Source of the DNA: Tetramitus jugosus
Lineage: Eukaryota > Protista > Heterolobosea
Assembly: GCA_937625935.1 (NCBI GenBank)
Contig: OW569348.1
Location: 310,001-374,000, forward strand
Reading direction: 5' to 3'
Length of the DNA: 64,000 nt
The notes under the pieces were generated by a model. The model was not told the origin of the DNA, searched no databases, and worked only from the letters and a program-made list of their open reading frames with translations. This document shows, in pieces, positions 20,675 to 31,921 of this stretch (within the stretch, counting starts at the first letter, position 1; the number at the start of each line of letters is the position of its first letter). The position numbers and the translations under genes were made by a program.

Positions 20675-21735
20675 ATGAGTCAAAACATTGATAAACAATT
20701 GCACTGCGCATTGGACTTGTTCAGAAGATTGCCTCCTGCACAATTGGAGACCAATTTGAGCTTTGTCACAGAGTTGGTTCCTGATTTGGCCGATGATTTG
20801 TTGCAAACTGTGGATTGTCCTTTGAAGGTTGCCATGGATCCTGAGACTCAAACTCGTACGTCTTTTTCTTGTGTAACAACAAACTATGTGTTTTTTTTGT
20901 GTAACACATGTGTTTGTGACTAACCACTTTCTGTTCTCTCCATCATCTATGCAATGTACACTACAACAATAACTTGATAATCATTCATTCATTCACATAC
21001 AACAACAACAAAAAAATGGATCCAACGATTGCATTTTTTTTTACAATCATGATCAACAAACGACTTCAATTATCATGGTCATCATTATCACCAACACAAC
21101 CGAACTCAGATTACTTGTTGTGCGATTACAACAGAGATGGTGATTCCTATCGTTCTCCTTGGACCAACAAGTACCACCCATCATTGCCAGACGGCATTAC
21201 TCCACCAAGTCACTTGAGACAGATTGAAGTTCAGGCCAACAACGTCTTTGCTCAATACTGTGAACAGTACTATGACAATGGTATCTCCAGTGCCTATGTA
21301 TGGGAAGTTGACAATGGATTCGCCATGGCAGTCCTGTTCAAGAAGAGTGCCAAATCTGGTGATTGGTACTCTATTCACGTGGTTGAAGTCGTGGAGAACA
21401 ATGCTCAATCCGCACAGTACACTCTGACCACTACCATCATCTTGACCATGGCTCAGACTGACGCAGCCAGTTTGAACTTGGACTTGTCAGGCAGTATTCA
21501 GAGACAAGAGGTGAGCGTTGCTCAGACCGACAAGTTCAACACTCACTTGGTCAACATTGGTAACGCCATTCAAAAGATGGAGAACCATTTGAGAGATCAG
21601 TTGCAAGCCGTGTACTTTGATAAGGCGAGAGAAGTGACTGGTACTTTGAGATCACCACAGGGATTGAAGCAACGTACTCAACAAAGTGCGCTCACAAACG
21701 AGTTGGCTAATGCATTGGCCAACAGACGTCGTTAA
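20675..21735 (+). CDS. CAPZB: F-actin capping protein beta subunit, 2 exons; intron 20856-21109
   Basis: [48 protein letters not shown] and LSGSIQRQ. Confidence 0.95.
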
Positions 21736-22013
21736 GCAAATCTCTGTCACCACCAAACTACGAACTGTGTGTGCGTGTGCACACATCATTTGTTGTATTT
21801 TTCTTCTTGGGGGGAGGAGAAGGAGCGTGAAGCTCTGAAGGCAATCTCTCTCTCAAGCTACCCCCAATAATATTAATTATATATAGATAAATTCATTTGT
21901 ATATTTTGTACAAAACTGTGTGTTTGTGTTGCTGCTCTTCTTCATGTTTATTATTTTGTCATTGTAAAAAACCAAGCTTGCAAAAAAAACGCGATCGCAA
22001 GCAAGGCTCAGAT

Positions 22014-22875
22014 TCAGAGGGGACATGGCCGGTTGACACACGTGGGCTCTGACTCTACGAGTGAAATAGGTTTGAACATGCCCATTCGATACTCTTCTTC
22101 ATCATCTTCCATGTCTTGGCAGTTGATATCATTGTCATTTACACAATTTTCGTTGACGATGATGCTGTTATCATGAAAGAGGATCGTTTGTTGATTTTGC
22201 TCTAGTAGTTGAGATTGTTGTATTATAGCTTGATTCGTGCCTATTTGTGGTATCAAGCTATTGCTGCTACTGTTGTTGTTGTTGCTTTGTGCTGAAATAT
22301 GATACATGTTAAGGTTTCTATAAAAAAAGAATGTGATAGTGTGTTAATTCGAGCTCGAATAATACAACTAGATGAAAGAGGATAGAGTGTACATACATCG
22401 TGTTCATTGATTGTATATTCTGGTCAAACATGGAGAATAGCTCTGCATTCATTTGAATGGCCTCTAGTGTGTTGACATTCAAGTTGAATTGAATCATTTG
22501 CAAGATGCATACATTGACACTCTGCAATTGATCGTGAGCTGATTGAAGTTGACTGAGCATCATTGTCGTCGAATGGTTGAAGCTGACGTCGGGCAGGAGT
22601 GACGAAGATCCCGCACTCGCGCAATGATTACGACCGGTCGGAAAGGAAAAATGAACATTGCTATTGTTGGTTGGAGAAAAATGAACAGTCGAGTTGTTAG
22701 ACAATGAGGGAGTGTAGAACTGTTGTTGTTGTTGAGCACATTCGTTATGATTCATGTTGTTGTTGTGTACTGCTGGATATGCCAATAGCTGTTGTTGTTG
22801 AGGTGGAGTCGAATTCGTGGCCATGTTCATTTGCCACGTGGTATATTGTTGCTGTTGTTGTAGAGTTGCCATCAT
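22014..22875 (-). CDS. Hypothetical Q/N-rich protein, 2 exons; intron 22318-22396
   Basis: A GTATGT...TATAG intron joins ORFs 22318-22875 and 22014-22307 in frame. Low-complexity composition matches other genes here. Confidence 0.6.
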
Positions 22876-23820
22876 GTTGTCCTCTGAAGCTGCTGCTGTG
22901 TGCTTAAGTTTTTTAATGTTGTTGTGTGGGTGGAGGGCTTTATGGGCTTTATCCTTTTGATGCTTTTATTTGAGGGGAGTTCTCCTTGGTTCGGTGTTGA
23001 GGGTTCGAGATCGAATCCCAATTTGTTGCTCCACAGTCGTCAGAACAATAGATTGATCTAAACGAGGTAAGTAATGATATTTTGTTTGGCTCGCAGGAGG
23101 AATTGTGGAGTTCTTGTCTTTCCATGTCCAGACCAGATGGCACGTCTCCGGAGATGGACTGATGATTTTTAGCAAAAGTAGTGCGCGCGATTTCTCTTTT
23201 TGGTGTTGTTGGTATAAGATTGTGTGAACGTCCAAGGCGTCGTGTTCTTTTTTTCCCTCCCGGGCAATAATAGCACAGCAGCAACGTCCAACTCGCACAC
23301 CGGTCACTACGAATTTAGTCAAAGCCGAAGGTAAGTGGTTGACAATAACATTCGAGCTTTGGTTGATACTTGGATTCATTCTTCCGTGAGACGACACAGC
23401 CGCTTGTTTTTATCGTAGGGACCAAACTTAATAATGTGTATGGATAAATTGGTTTACTTGTAAGGGGTCGAACTCATGGGTATAAGTTCTTAGATCAGAT
23501 CGTTACCAGGTAGCAACAGGTAAATTTACGAATTAAACCAGTTGCTCGAATTAAAGATCAACTCAATGTATATCGAGGTTTCTCAATTGCAATGTACTGA
23601 GAGCTCTAAATTTTGAGCAAGCGTTAATTCGTAGCCCAGGAGGACACATCCATTACTGCCATGCACATGAGTCATAACACACAACAGACCCAAATGTCCA
23701 CGCATTTCAGAAAACAAAAATATTATTCGGACTCCAAGGAGGATAATCTTTGTAGACAAAGCAATAGTGTGACCATGGAAACCTGAATCAATCGGTCAAA
23801 ATGGTTCCTCTACCTTGGCT

Positions 23821-24609
23821 CTAAACCGACAACAGATAGACCACAATTCGATCACCATTACAAAACACTGGCTCCATACCGCCATAGCTCATCTCATCTC
23901 TGACAAAAGCTCTCAGATCATCATCGTTACCAGTCAACACGACTCTCGTTCCTAAACTCTGCTCCAATATCAAATTTTGCACATCCAGTGATATTCGTCT
24001 CACACTGTACACTCTTCCGTCCATGATTTGATCACCCATCACAAGCACCGCTCTCTGCTGTGGCTGTTGCTGTTGTTCATCGTCACGCATACAATCATCA
24101 TTGTCATTATGATCATCACACGTCGTAGATCTTGTCAACAACAAACCATCACCATTACCACCAAATTTTTCATGCATCAATTGATGAATGTAGTGAACAA
24201 TGGATTCAAGAGTCACATCCTGCATCATTGTACTCACATTGACACGTATCATATCGCCAGAATCATACATGTCTGGTGAAAAAATAATTGACTTGTTGCT
24301 CGATGCAGTCAATGGACTTGTCGTGGTTGGATATATCAACGTTCCATTTTGTTGTTCTTGTGGACAGTACCGAAGCACTCTAAACTCAAAAAAGAGAAAC
24401 TGTGGCGCACTTTGTCCAGTATTATTGAGGATGTTCGTTGACGTCAAAGCAAAGTATTGGTTGATGTCATTGTCTTCAATGGGATCACCACCATGACCAT
24501 GGTGACTGAGCTTTGGTATTTTTAGAGAATTGTCATGTTGTTGTTGCTGTTGTGAAGGAGCAACATTGTTCGGTGTTGTTGTGTATGCGCTTGTTCGTTT
24601 GCGTTTCAT
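23821..24609 (-). CDS. Hypothetical protein with N-terminal basic NLS-like motif
   Basis: 262-aa ORF starting MKRKR, with poly-Q tracts; no recognised domain. Confidence 0.6.
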   Translation of the reverse strand: MKRKRTSAYTTTPNNVAPSQQQQQHDNSLKIPKLSHHGHGGDPIEDNDINQYFALTSTNILNNTGQSAPQFLFFEFRVLRYCPQEQQNGTLIYPTTTSPLTASSNKSIIFSPDMYDSGDMIRVNVSTMMQDVTLESIVHYIHQLMHEKFGGNGDGLLLTRSTTCDDHNDNDDCMRDDEQQQQPQQRAVLVMGDQIMDGRVYSVRRISLDVQNLILEQSLGTRVVLTGNDDDLRAFVRDEMSYGGMEPVFCNGDRIVVYLLSV

Positions 24610-24873
24610 ACTCTATATCGATTATTGATAATATCGGTCCTTGTGTGGTCTTTTTCTGGGGCACAAGAGAATTTTGCGCTTTCTTCAGCTGAACTTTTGC
24701 TATTTGGGGACATTAGACAAGAACCCGCCAAAAGATCTTGCCCAAGTGACGCTCAAAGGCTCCGCACACCACTGATACACACGATTTTAAAAGCACACAG
24801 GAACAATCACAACACCACCACCACCATCAAAACAAACACAAACACAACAACATAACAACATAATATCTAACTC

Positions 24874-26667
24874 ATGTTCATGAGAACAACAACAACAAGC
24901 GATAATACCAATGATAACAACACTCGTAATGATATCAACACAAAACAACAACAACAACAACAATCACCACTCATCATTATTAGTGATCTGTGGTACCACA
25001 TTGCTCTATTTTGTGATGAATATGATCTATTCAGGCGCATCTCCATGGTCAACAAGTGCCTATATGACATGTTTGGAGCGGATTGTGCCTCTGTGAGACG
25101 TACGTATCTCATGATTCATGAAACAAGAAGGAGAAAACAGTGGATGTTGTCATCTTCGTCATCTTCAGTAGAGGATGATGTTGATAGTATGCAACTGTTG
25201 CATCACAAGAACAAGAATAAGCTATCCTATATTCATCACTGCTTGAACATTGATTTCATGCGGGATAACATGCTGAGTCATGTGATACGGGATATGGTAC
25301 TGGTGAATCTGGTGGATCAGGGCATGGTGGAACCAGTGGATCGTTTTCTGTCCAATATTCATCTCAATAGTTTTACTGGTGGTGGAACAATTGAGGAGCA
25401 CAATGGATTGATGAAGAGTGGTAATTTGGCTCATAATCCATGCTGGTACGCAAAGCTGTTGGACAAAAACTTTATTTTTGAGAGGTTGCCGTCGACAATG
25501 GTTGTTTTTAGAGTACCGGGCACCAATCAGGCCATTGTCATGTTCTTGTCCATGGGATACCCAGGTGATGCCTATATTCAAGCCTCTATTAGCTTCTTTT
25601 TGAGTGTTTTTGTGCATAATACAGGTGGAAAGACAATCTTTACGTTCGATTATGACAAGTTGTGTGCCAGTCTGGCCAATGGCAACAATCTATTGCAATT
25701 CTTGGATGCAGAGTACGGTGAGAACAGTGATCGAGAGTTTTCATTGGACACGCGCATCATCATCATATCATCTATCAACGTATCGTTCAATGATCAATTA
25801 TTTATTAGTCAGGTGCAGTCCATGCTGAGAATTCGTGACCAGAGAAACTTCTTCTCATTCCTGTATTGGCACTGTGCACTGGTTCAAAGGAGATTTGACA
25901 AGGATTCGAGTATTAGAGTCTGGAAGTCATTCCAATACTCGTCAGACTTGTTCTCGAATAATCAAGAGCCATTCCGGATGATGTTCATGCACGGATGTGA
26001 CATTGTTGACTTGTGCGCACTTAAAATGTTTCTCATGACTCAGTCGAACAAAGCAATCATACCTCTGTTATTGAACGATCTGGCCGATAGCCCAGAAGTG
26101 AGTAAGCAAGTGTTACCATGGTTGTTTGATCACTTTTTGACGTACGATGGATGGACGCAAGATGACATTGAAACCGCATTGAGATCGGATCGTTTTACAA
26201 TGAGAACACTCATGAAGGCTATTCGATCTGGTAACTTGGATTTCATTTTGTTTCTGCAGGACAGGTGCGATATTGAAGCTGTGTTGATTGAAGTCATCCG
26301 TATCTATTCTCAGGTGCTTACACGTCTCATTCTAAGTACAAATAACATGTTAGTAAAGTACGAAACGATGCATCTCACCGAACTTTGCAAGAAGGAATCG
26401 TTGAAGAATTGCAATTGGGGTGCGAGCAGATCCACTCTGAGGTACGTGCTCGAGAAAACTATCGATATTGGTTATCCACTGTGGATTGACGGTATTGTCA
26501 AGTATGGCAACGCACCAGAGTTGCATGGACAGACTGTAACAGACGACGATTGCTTGGCAATGTTGCTACGGATACTAAACAAAGCTATGGAAGTTGGTAA
26601 TGACCGTCTGGGCTTTTATTTCCAAAAGTATTTGCACTCATCGCCCAATAAATGCTCAAACGATTAG
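24874..26667 (+). CDS. Hypothetical protein with N-terminal F-box-like motif
   Basis: IISDLWYHIALFCDEYDLFRRISMVNKCLY resembles protist F-box motifs; C-terminal helical, ankyrin-like segments (AIRSGNLDFILFL); 597 aa. Confidence 0.65.
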   Translation: MFMRTTTTSDNTNDNNTRNDINTKQQQQQQSPLIIISDLWYHIALFCDEYDLFRRISMVNKCLYDMFGADCASVRRTYLMIHETRRRKQWMLSSSSSSVEDDVDSMQLLHHKNKNKLSYIHHCLNIDFMRDNMLSHVIRDMVLVNLVDQGMVEPVDRFLSNIHLNSFTGGGTIEEHNGLMKSGNLAHNPCWYAKLLDKNFIFERLPSTMVVFRVPGTNQAIVMFLSMGYPGDAYIQASISFFLSVFVHNTGGKTIFTFDYDKLCASLANGNNLLQFLDAEYGENSDREFSLDTRIIIISSINVSFNDQLFISQVQSMLRIRDQRNFFSFLYWHCALVQRRFDKDSSIRVWKSFQYSSDLFSNNQEPFRMMFMHGCDIVDLCALKMFLMTQSNKAIIPLLLNDLADSPEVSKQVLPWLFDHFLTYDGWTQDDIETALRSDRFTMRTLMKAIRSGNLDFILFLQDRCDIEAVLIEVIRIYSQVLTRLILSTNNMLVKYETMHLTELCKKESLKNCNWGASRSTLRYVLEKTIDIGYPLWIDGIVKYGNAPELHGQTVTDDDCLAMLLRILNKAMEVGNDRLGFYFQKYLHSSPNKCSND

Positions 26668-26735
26668 CTACTTGTCTCTTTCAGTTTCTTCATGGTTGTA
26701 GTAACTTTTATTTCATCAAATGCTCAAAAGATTAG

Positions 26736-29159
26736 CTACTTTGAAACAATTTGATCAATGACAAATGCATAAAGATGACTGGTCTCATGCACACGCTTGT
26801 ATCTGCCGCTGACTCCACCATGGCCAGATGACATCTCTGTTTTCATTAGAATCTTACTTCTCTGTTCTTCCCCTTGCTTCATTGTGCTATAGTAGTGACG
26901 CATTCTTGCTACATACTTTGCACCCTCCCATACCTGCACTCGAGCATCATTGAATGCCTGAGTTAACATAATAGCAGGATAAGGCTTTTCAACATTTTCT
27001 GGACTCTCAATGTTATCATAAGGAGAGTATTGCATCATGTAATCGTACACTTCCTTCTCATTCGGATTGCCCCACTCTTCATACTCTGTCACAGTTAAAG
27101 GAATAGTAGCATCCAACATTGTATTCACACAATCAACAAAAGGAACTCGGAGGATAGCTGCAGCAAACAATTCAGGATTCATGTTGATACAAGCGCCAAC
27201 CAATAGACCTCCAGCACTGCCACCAGAGATACACAACTTGTCAGGGCTCGTGTAGCCTTCTTGAATCAAGTATTTTGCACAATCGACAAAATCGTTGAAA
27301 GTATTCTTCTTCTTCTGCAATTTGCCTTCATCTCTCCAATATCTGCCATTCTCTCCTCCACCTCTAATGTGAGCAATCACAAAGATGACACCACGATCAA
27401 GCAAACTAATTGCAGAGTCCATCCAGTAACAGTCTAGCGCATAACCGTAGCTTCCATATCCATATAGATACAGTGGATTCGATCCGTCTTTTTTCAATGT
27501 CTCTCCTCCATCCAGATCTTTCTTTCTGTACACCATTGACATTGGTACTTGGATGCCATCGCGTGCTGCAATATTGATTCTCTTGACCTCATACAGATTT
27601 TTATCGAATCCTTTGACCTGTTTCTCCTTTTTCACAATAAACTTCTTGTTTATCATGTCGTAATCAAAGGTCGTATCAGGTGTAATGAAAGAGCTATAAG
27701 TTAATCGAAGCATATGGGAGTCATGTTCTCTGTTATTTGATTCAGAAACATCGTAGGCCTGATCAGGGAAAGAAATGTAGTAGTATTGTGATGGATTCTT
27801 TGCATCCAGAATCATAATTTTCTGCAATCCCTCCTCACGCACAAACACTGCAATATGATCCTTGAAAGATACCAAATAGTCAATGAATCGATCATCATTA
27901 TATGGGAACACTTCTTCAGCATCTTGGAAGGTGCTCAAATATGAGGTACCTGCTGGTACTCTCACAAGTCTAAAGTTTCTGCATCCATTGCCATTCTCCC
28001 AAATATAGAAATAGGAACCATTGTGAACCAACTCATACTCAAGTCCTGTTGCTCTTGGTTTCACACATGCAAAGTCTCCATTGGGTGTATTGGCATCCAG
28101 GAACCAAATCTCTGATGTAATCTTCGATCCAGATGAAATGGTCAAGTATTGTTGACTCAGTGATTTTCCAATAGAAACCCAGAATCTTTCATCTTCATCT
28201 GTGAACATCAAATCATCAGCAATCTCCTCATTGCCCACAATTTCATTGTCTTGTGGTGACGGAAGCTTCAATATCATTGGATCCTCATCAGACAATGATT
28301 CAATGTTCAGCTTCTTACGATACACCTTGTATGGTCTCAATGTATGATCCAACACAGTGTAAAAACCAGTGTTTCCATTGTCATTGGCCCACTGGAATCC
28401 ACCACCCATTCTATCAATTCTATCATTCAACAACTTGCCTGTTGTTAGATCCTTGAAGTAGCACGAGTAGATTTCACCTCCAGTTGTATCGATCGCAAAT
28501 GCTAGAATGCGATGGTCAGAGCTCACCTTTGCAGCACCCAGAGACAAAAAGCTAAGCTTATTCTTGTCATAAATCTCATTCAAATCCAAGTAAATTTCCT
28601 CTTCACCAACTACTTGTCCATTCTCGCAAGCACGTCTACAATAGATGGGATATTGCTTTCCCTTTTCGTTCCTATAGTAATACTCGTAGTTTCCATAGGG
28701 ATACGGAGCAGAAACATCATCTTCATTCATACGACCGACAATTTCCTTGTAAAGCGTGTCTTGAAGCTCCTTGGTATGACTCATTTCACTCTCCTGATAC
28801 TCATTCTCTGATTCGAGGTATTGGACGAGTTTTGCATCCTTCTTGTCTTTCATCCAATAGTAGGGATCAGATCGCTCAACAACAACTTCCTTATTGGCTT
28901 CCTTGGTAGTTGTGAGCTTTACAGTTTCCTTGTGCTCAATTCTTGGTGCGATCACGCTGGGGATATGAGTGGATGACACCATTGTTGTTGTAACAAAAGA
29001 TCTCTTGATTGCTGTTTGCTGTTCCTTGTTTTTTGAACTTTTTGTTTGAACCTGCAATGAGGTGACGGATAATCTCAATTGAGAAAGCTTTGAGTTGCCA
29101 TGAGATGACAACAGAGAGGAGTAGTAAGAGGGACAACGAAGCAAAGATCGGCTGAGCAT
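26736..29159 (-). CDS. ptrB: Oligopeptidase B (peptidase S9A) with probable mitochondrial presequence
   Basis: DPYYWM, YGYGSYG, AHIRGGGE, KKNTFNDF, catalytic GGSAGG, DARV and GHGG. The N-terminus is R/S/L-rich and lacks acidic residues. Confidence 0.93.
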   Translation of the reverse strand: MLSRSLLRCPSYYSSLLSSHGNSKLSQLRLSVTSLQVQTKSSKNKEQQTAIKRSFVTTTMVSSTHIPSVIAPRIEHKETVKLTTTKEANKEVVVERSDPYYWMKDKKDAKLVQYLESENEYQESEMSHTKELQDTLYKEIVGRMNEDDVSAPYPYGNYEYYYRNEKGKQYPIYCRRACENGQVVGEEEIYLDLNEIYDKNKLSFLSLGAAKVSSDHRILAFAIDTTGGEIYSCYFKDLTTGKLLNDRIDRMGGGFQWANDNGNTGFYTVLDHTLRPYKVYRKKLNIESLSDEDPMILKLPSPQDNEIVGNEEIADDLMFTDEDERFWVSIGKSLSQQYLTISSGSKITSEIWFLDANTPNGDFACVKPRATGLEYELVHNGSYFYIWENGNGCRNFRLVRVPAGTSYLSTFQDAEEVFPYNDDRFIDYLVSFKDHIAVFVREEGLQKIMILDAKNPSQYYYISFPDQAYDVSESNNREHDSHMLRLTYSSFITPDTTFDYDMINKKFIVKKEKQVKGFDKNLYEVKRINIAARDGIQVPMSMVYRKKDLDGGETLKKDGSNPLYLYGYGSYGYALDCYWMDSAISLLDRGVIFVIAHIRGGGENGRYWRDEGKLQKKKNTFNDFVDCAKYLIQEGYTSPDKLCISGGSAGGLLVGACINMNPELFAAAILRVPFVDCVNTMLDATIPLTVTEYEEWGNPNEKEVYDYMMQYSPYDNIESPENVEKPYPAIMLTQAFNDARVQVWEGAKYVARMRHYYSTMKQGEEQRSKILMKTEMSSGHGGVSGRYKRVHETSHLYAFVIDQIVSK

Positions 29160-29440
29160 TTCAAGATGTTGTTATTGTGGATTCTTCTTCCCGATATCAA
29201 AATGTTGAGGAAGAAATTTTCGCGGCGCTGGAGTTGAATTGTCTCTTACCATGTCACTTGATCAAGATCATCTCCTAGGATGATCTACGGATTAAACTCA
29301 TCCTCTTTGTAATTTCAACAAACATGACATCTTCCTTCATAGGAAAGACTGAATGACGATTCGAGGCGGAAAATTTTTCCCCATTTTTTTTAGTCTTTTT
29401 TGTTCGTTAGTTCGCTGTCAATTGCAGCAACAAAAACGAT

Positions 29441-30219
29441 ATGACCAGAGTCAAGGTACTGTATGATTTCAATGCACAGAACGTGGAAGAACTGTATGCC
29501 AAAGGTGTGATTCCAACTTTAGGTTTAACAGCTTGAAATCATCTGTTGATCAATTCACTCAACCATGTTTTCTGATTTTTTGGATGTCTGTCCGTGTGAT
29601 CATGCTCATCTCAGCCGGTGATATACTTGAGCTCGTGAAGGATCATGGTGATGGCTGGGCAGATTGTACTTCTACAACAACGCGCAAAACCGGGTTAATC
29701 CCGGTCACATTCTTCCAGGCTCTCACTTCCAATGAGGAAGCAGCGATTAGTGCTGCTCCGAAATCTCCTCTGCGAATACGTATTCACGTGGTGGAAGGTA
29801 GACATTTAGTGATTCGAGATTTGGTGTCCAGTGATCCCTATGTAGTTGTGAAAGTGGGTGACATCACGCAAAAGACACGTGTAGTTACAAAGAATTTGAG
29901 TCCAAAGTTTGACGAAGTGTTCTATTTTGATGTGAAAGAGGAGGATAGGACCAAGACTGTGATCAAATTGACAGTGTTTGATTACGATCTTCTCACTAGT
30001 CGTATGTATCCAATGTGTTTCCATTGTTTAACATGAGAGTGATTTTTGCACTCACTAACTGGAAATTACTTTTCTTTTTCTTTCGGCAAATACAACACAG
30101 ATGACTCAATGGGCGAAGTCATTATTCCTCTCGCATCACTCGAGTCAGGCAAACAAGACATGTGGCTGCCTTTACAAGAAGTTGCTCGTGGTGAGCTACA
30201 CATAATCATTACATCATAA
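29441..30219 (+). CDS. SH3 + C2 domain protein, 3 exons: 29441-29504, 29615-30001, 30101-30219
   Basis: SH3: VKVLYDF...EL...AGDIL...DGW...GLIP. C2: DLVSSDPYV, KTRVV...LSPKFDE, VFDYD...HDSMG...WLPL. Both introns are GT-AG and in frame. Confidence 0.85.
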
Positions 30220-30297
30220 GAACAGAGTTAAAGTGAAAATTGAATATTATGTGCTCTATTGAATAGTTTAATTCATATTTACAAATAATTATTGAAT

Positions 30298-31368
30298 TCA
30301 CCTGATTGGATTGGAAGAAAAAGCATTTTGCAGTGCTTGCATCGTCATTGCATCAATAAACTTTTCATCTCTGTTCATAGAGTTCACCAACAGCTCTCGT
30401 GCCATTTTTCTTGGCTTTTCAATCCTGGCAGAAGGTGGTACAATCGACGCTCTACTGTACGTAGAATGTTGCAATGGTGGCAACTGTTGCAGAGGTGGTG
30501 AACTCTGATAGTTATAGTCATAATGGTTAATCTTGTTGTTGCTTTGTGTGGTGTAGTGAACAGGTGGCATCGTGGCAATAGTTGGTTCACTTGTTGCTCT
30601 GGAAGTTGAACGAGTGGAGGACGATGAGCTCATCATCACTGTAGAGGTAACATGCGTTCCCATGGAAACAACATTTGGTGCTTGAATAGGATTCGTGTGT
30701 AGTTCTGTTCTTGGAGAGTGATTTGCACGATTCACAGTGTATTGAAAACTGTTGTTGTTGGTGTTTGCTGTTGTCACATTGTGATTAGTGGAAGAAGCAA
30801 TCGTGTGTGGCCACCGTTGTCCTGGATAAGTCTCATAAAATCTTCTCTTCAGTGTACTCAAGCTAATACCAAGTCTCTTTGCTGCCTCGGGTTGAGGCAA
30901 ATGGATGTATCGGTCAATCTGAGCCTTGATTAAGGCATTTTGAGGGGCAGCAGTGGCTAACGTGCATGCAACATAGGTCTTTCTTGATGATGACGTTGTA
31001 TTGCTGTTGTTGTTATTGATATGGGAGGTAGTGTTGTGAGTGACAGATTGATTGATGGTAGTGGCAGCAGTAAATGACTGAGAGCTATTGCTTGAAGTAT
31101 GATTCGATGATGATGTAGATTGTTGTTGCTGTTGATTCACAGAGATATTGAGACCATTGTTTAATTGTGGAACAGAGCTTTCAATAGAGTCAGTGCTGTT
31201 GTTACTTGGTGAAGGTGAGTGTGAAGGTGATGAAGAAGGTGATTCGGGACCTGAAGTTGCTTCTGTAAAGTTGATAATGTGGAAAGTGAAGGGTTTGAGC
31301 TTGTTGGCGTTGGACCTTCGCTTCACTGGTTGCTTTGAGCTAGAAGTTGGATATGGTGTTAAGCACAT
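30298..31368 (-). CDS. RWP-RK domain transcription factor
   Basis: YIHLPQPEAAKRLGISLSTLKRRF...RWPH within S/N/Q low-complexity sequence. Confidence 0.88.
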   Translation of the reverse strand: MCLTPYPTSSSKQPVKRRSNANKLKPFTFHIINFTEATSGPESPSSSPSHSPSPSNNSTDSIESSVPQLNNGLNISVNQQQQQSTSSSNHTSSNSSQSFTAATTINQSVTHNTTSHINNNNSNTTSSSRKTYVACTLATAAPQNALIKAQIDRYIHLPQPEAAKRLGISLSTLKRRFYETYPGQRWPHTIASSTNHNVTTANTNNNSFQYTVNRANHSPRTELHTNPIQAPNVVSMGTHVTSTVMMSSSSSTRSTSRATSEPTIATMPPVHYTTQSNNKINHYDYNYQSSPPLQQLPPLQHSTYSRASIVPPSARIEKPRKMARELLVNSMNRDEKFIDAMTMQALQNAFSSNPIR

Positions 31369-31921
31369 GTTTGTATGGAGCTGTGTGATCTAGCACGATT
31401 ACTTAAGATTAGGCAGTGTAGTTTGTTGCTTTTGTGTGTGATGTGTTGGTTTGTGCTTACGAGGAGTAAAAAGTAGGTACAGCCGAACTGTGCAACAGAC
31501 ATATGAGCTCGATCAGGAGGTCAAAAATTGATTGATTTGGTTTAAACGAGCGCTATGCCAAAAGTGAACGTCGCTTGGCCCATAAGAGGAGAGGATGCAG
31601 AGTTTTTCCAACCACGACCGCAGAAAAGACCACAAGTGCTCCTAAAGGAGATTGTGTTTAGCGGGGATTTTCAGCCAAACTTTTTCTCCACCTTGGTACA
31701 AATTATTGTCTCTCCTGAACTTTGGGTCACACAAGGCAAGAATCTGATACAAAATGAGACAGAGACGAACAGAATGCGCCTAATCTTCGAGAGCAACACT
31801 GCAGAGAGTTTGATAGAACACTCGTAAATACCGTTTCTTTCCTGTCTGAAACAAACTATCCGCTGTTCTTTTTTTGACTCGAACAAAAAAGCGGGTTTCC
31901 TTCCAAACCAGAAAAAAACCA

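Noticed and set aside
22949-23397. Two overlapping minus-strand ORFs upstream of the Q/N-rich gene
   Set aside because: Non-ATG starts, no motifs and no convincing splice link; probably promoter or UTR sequence.
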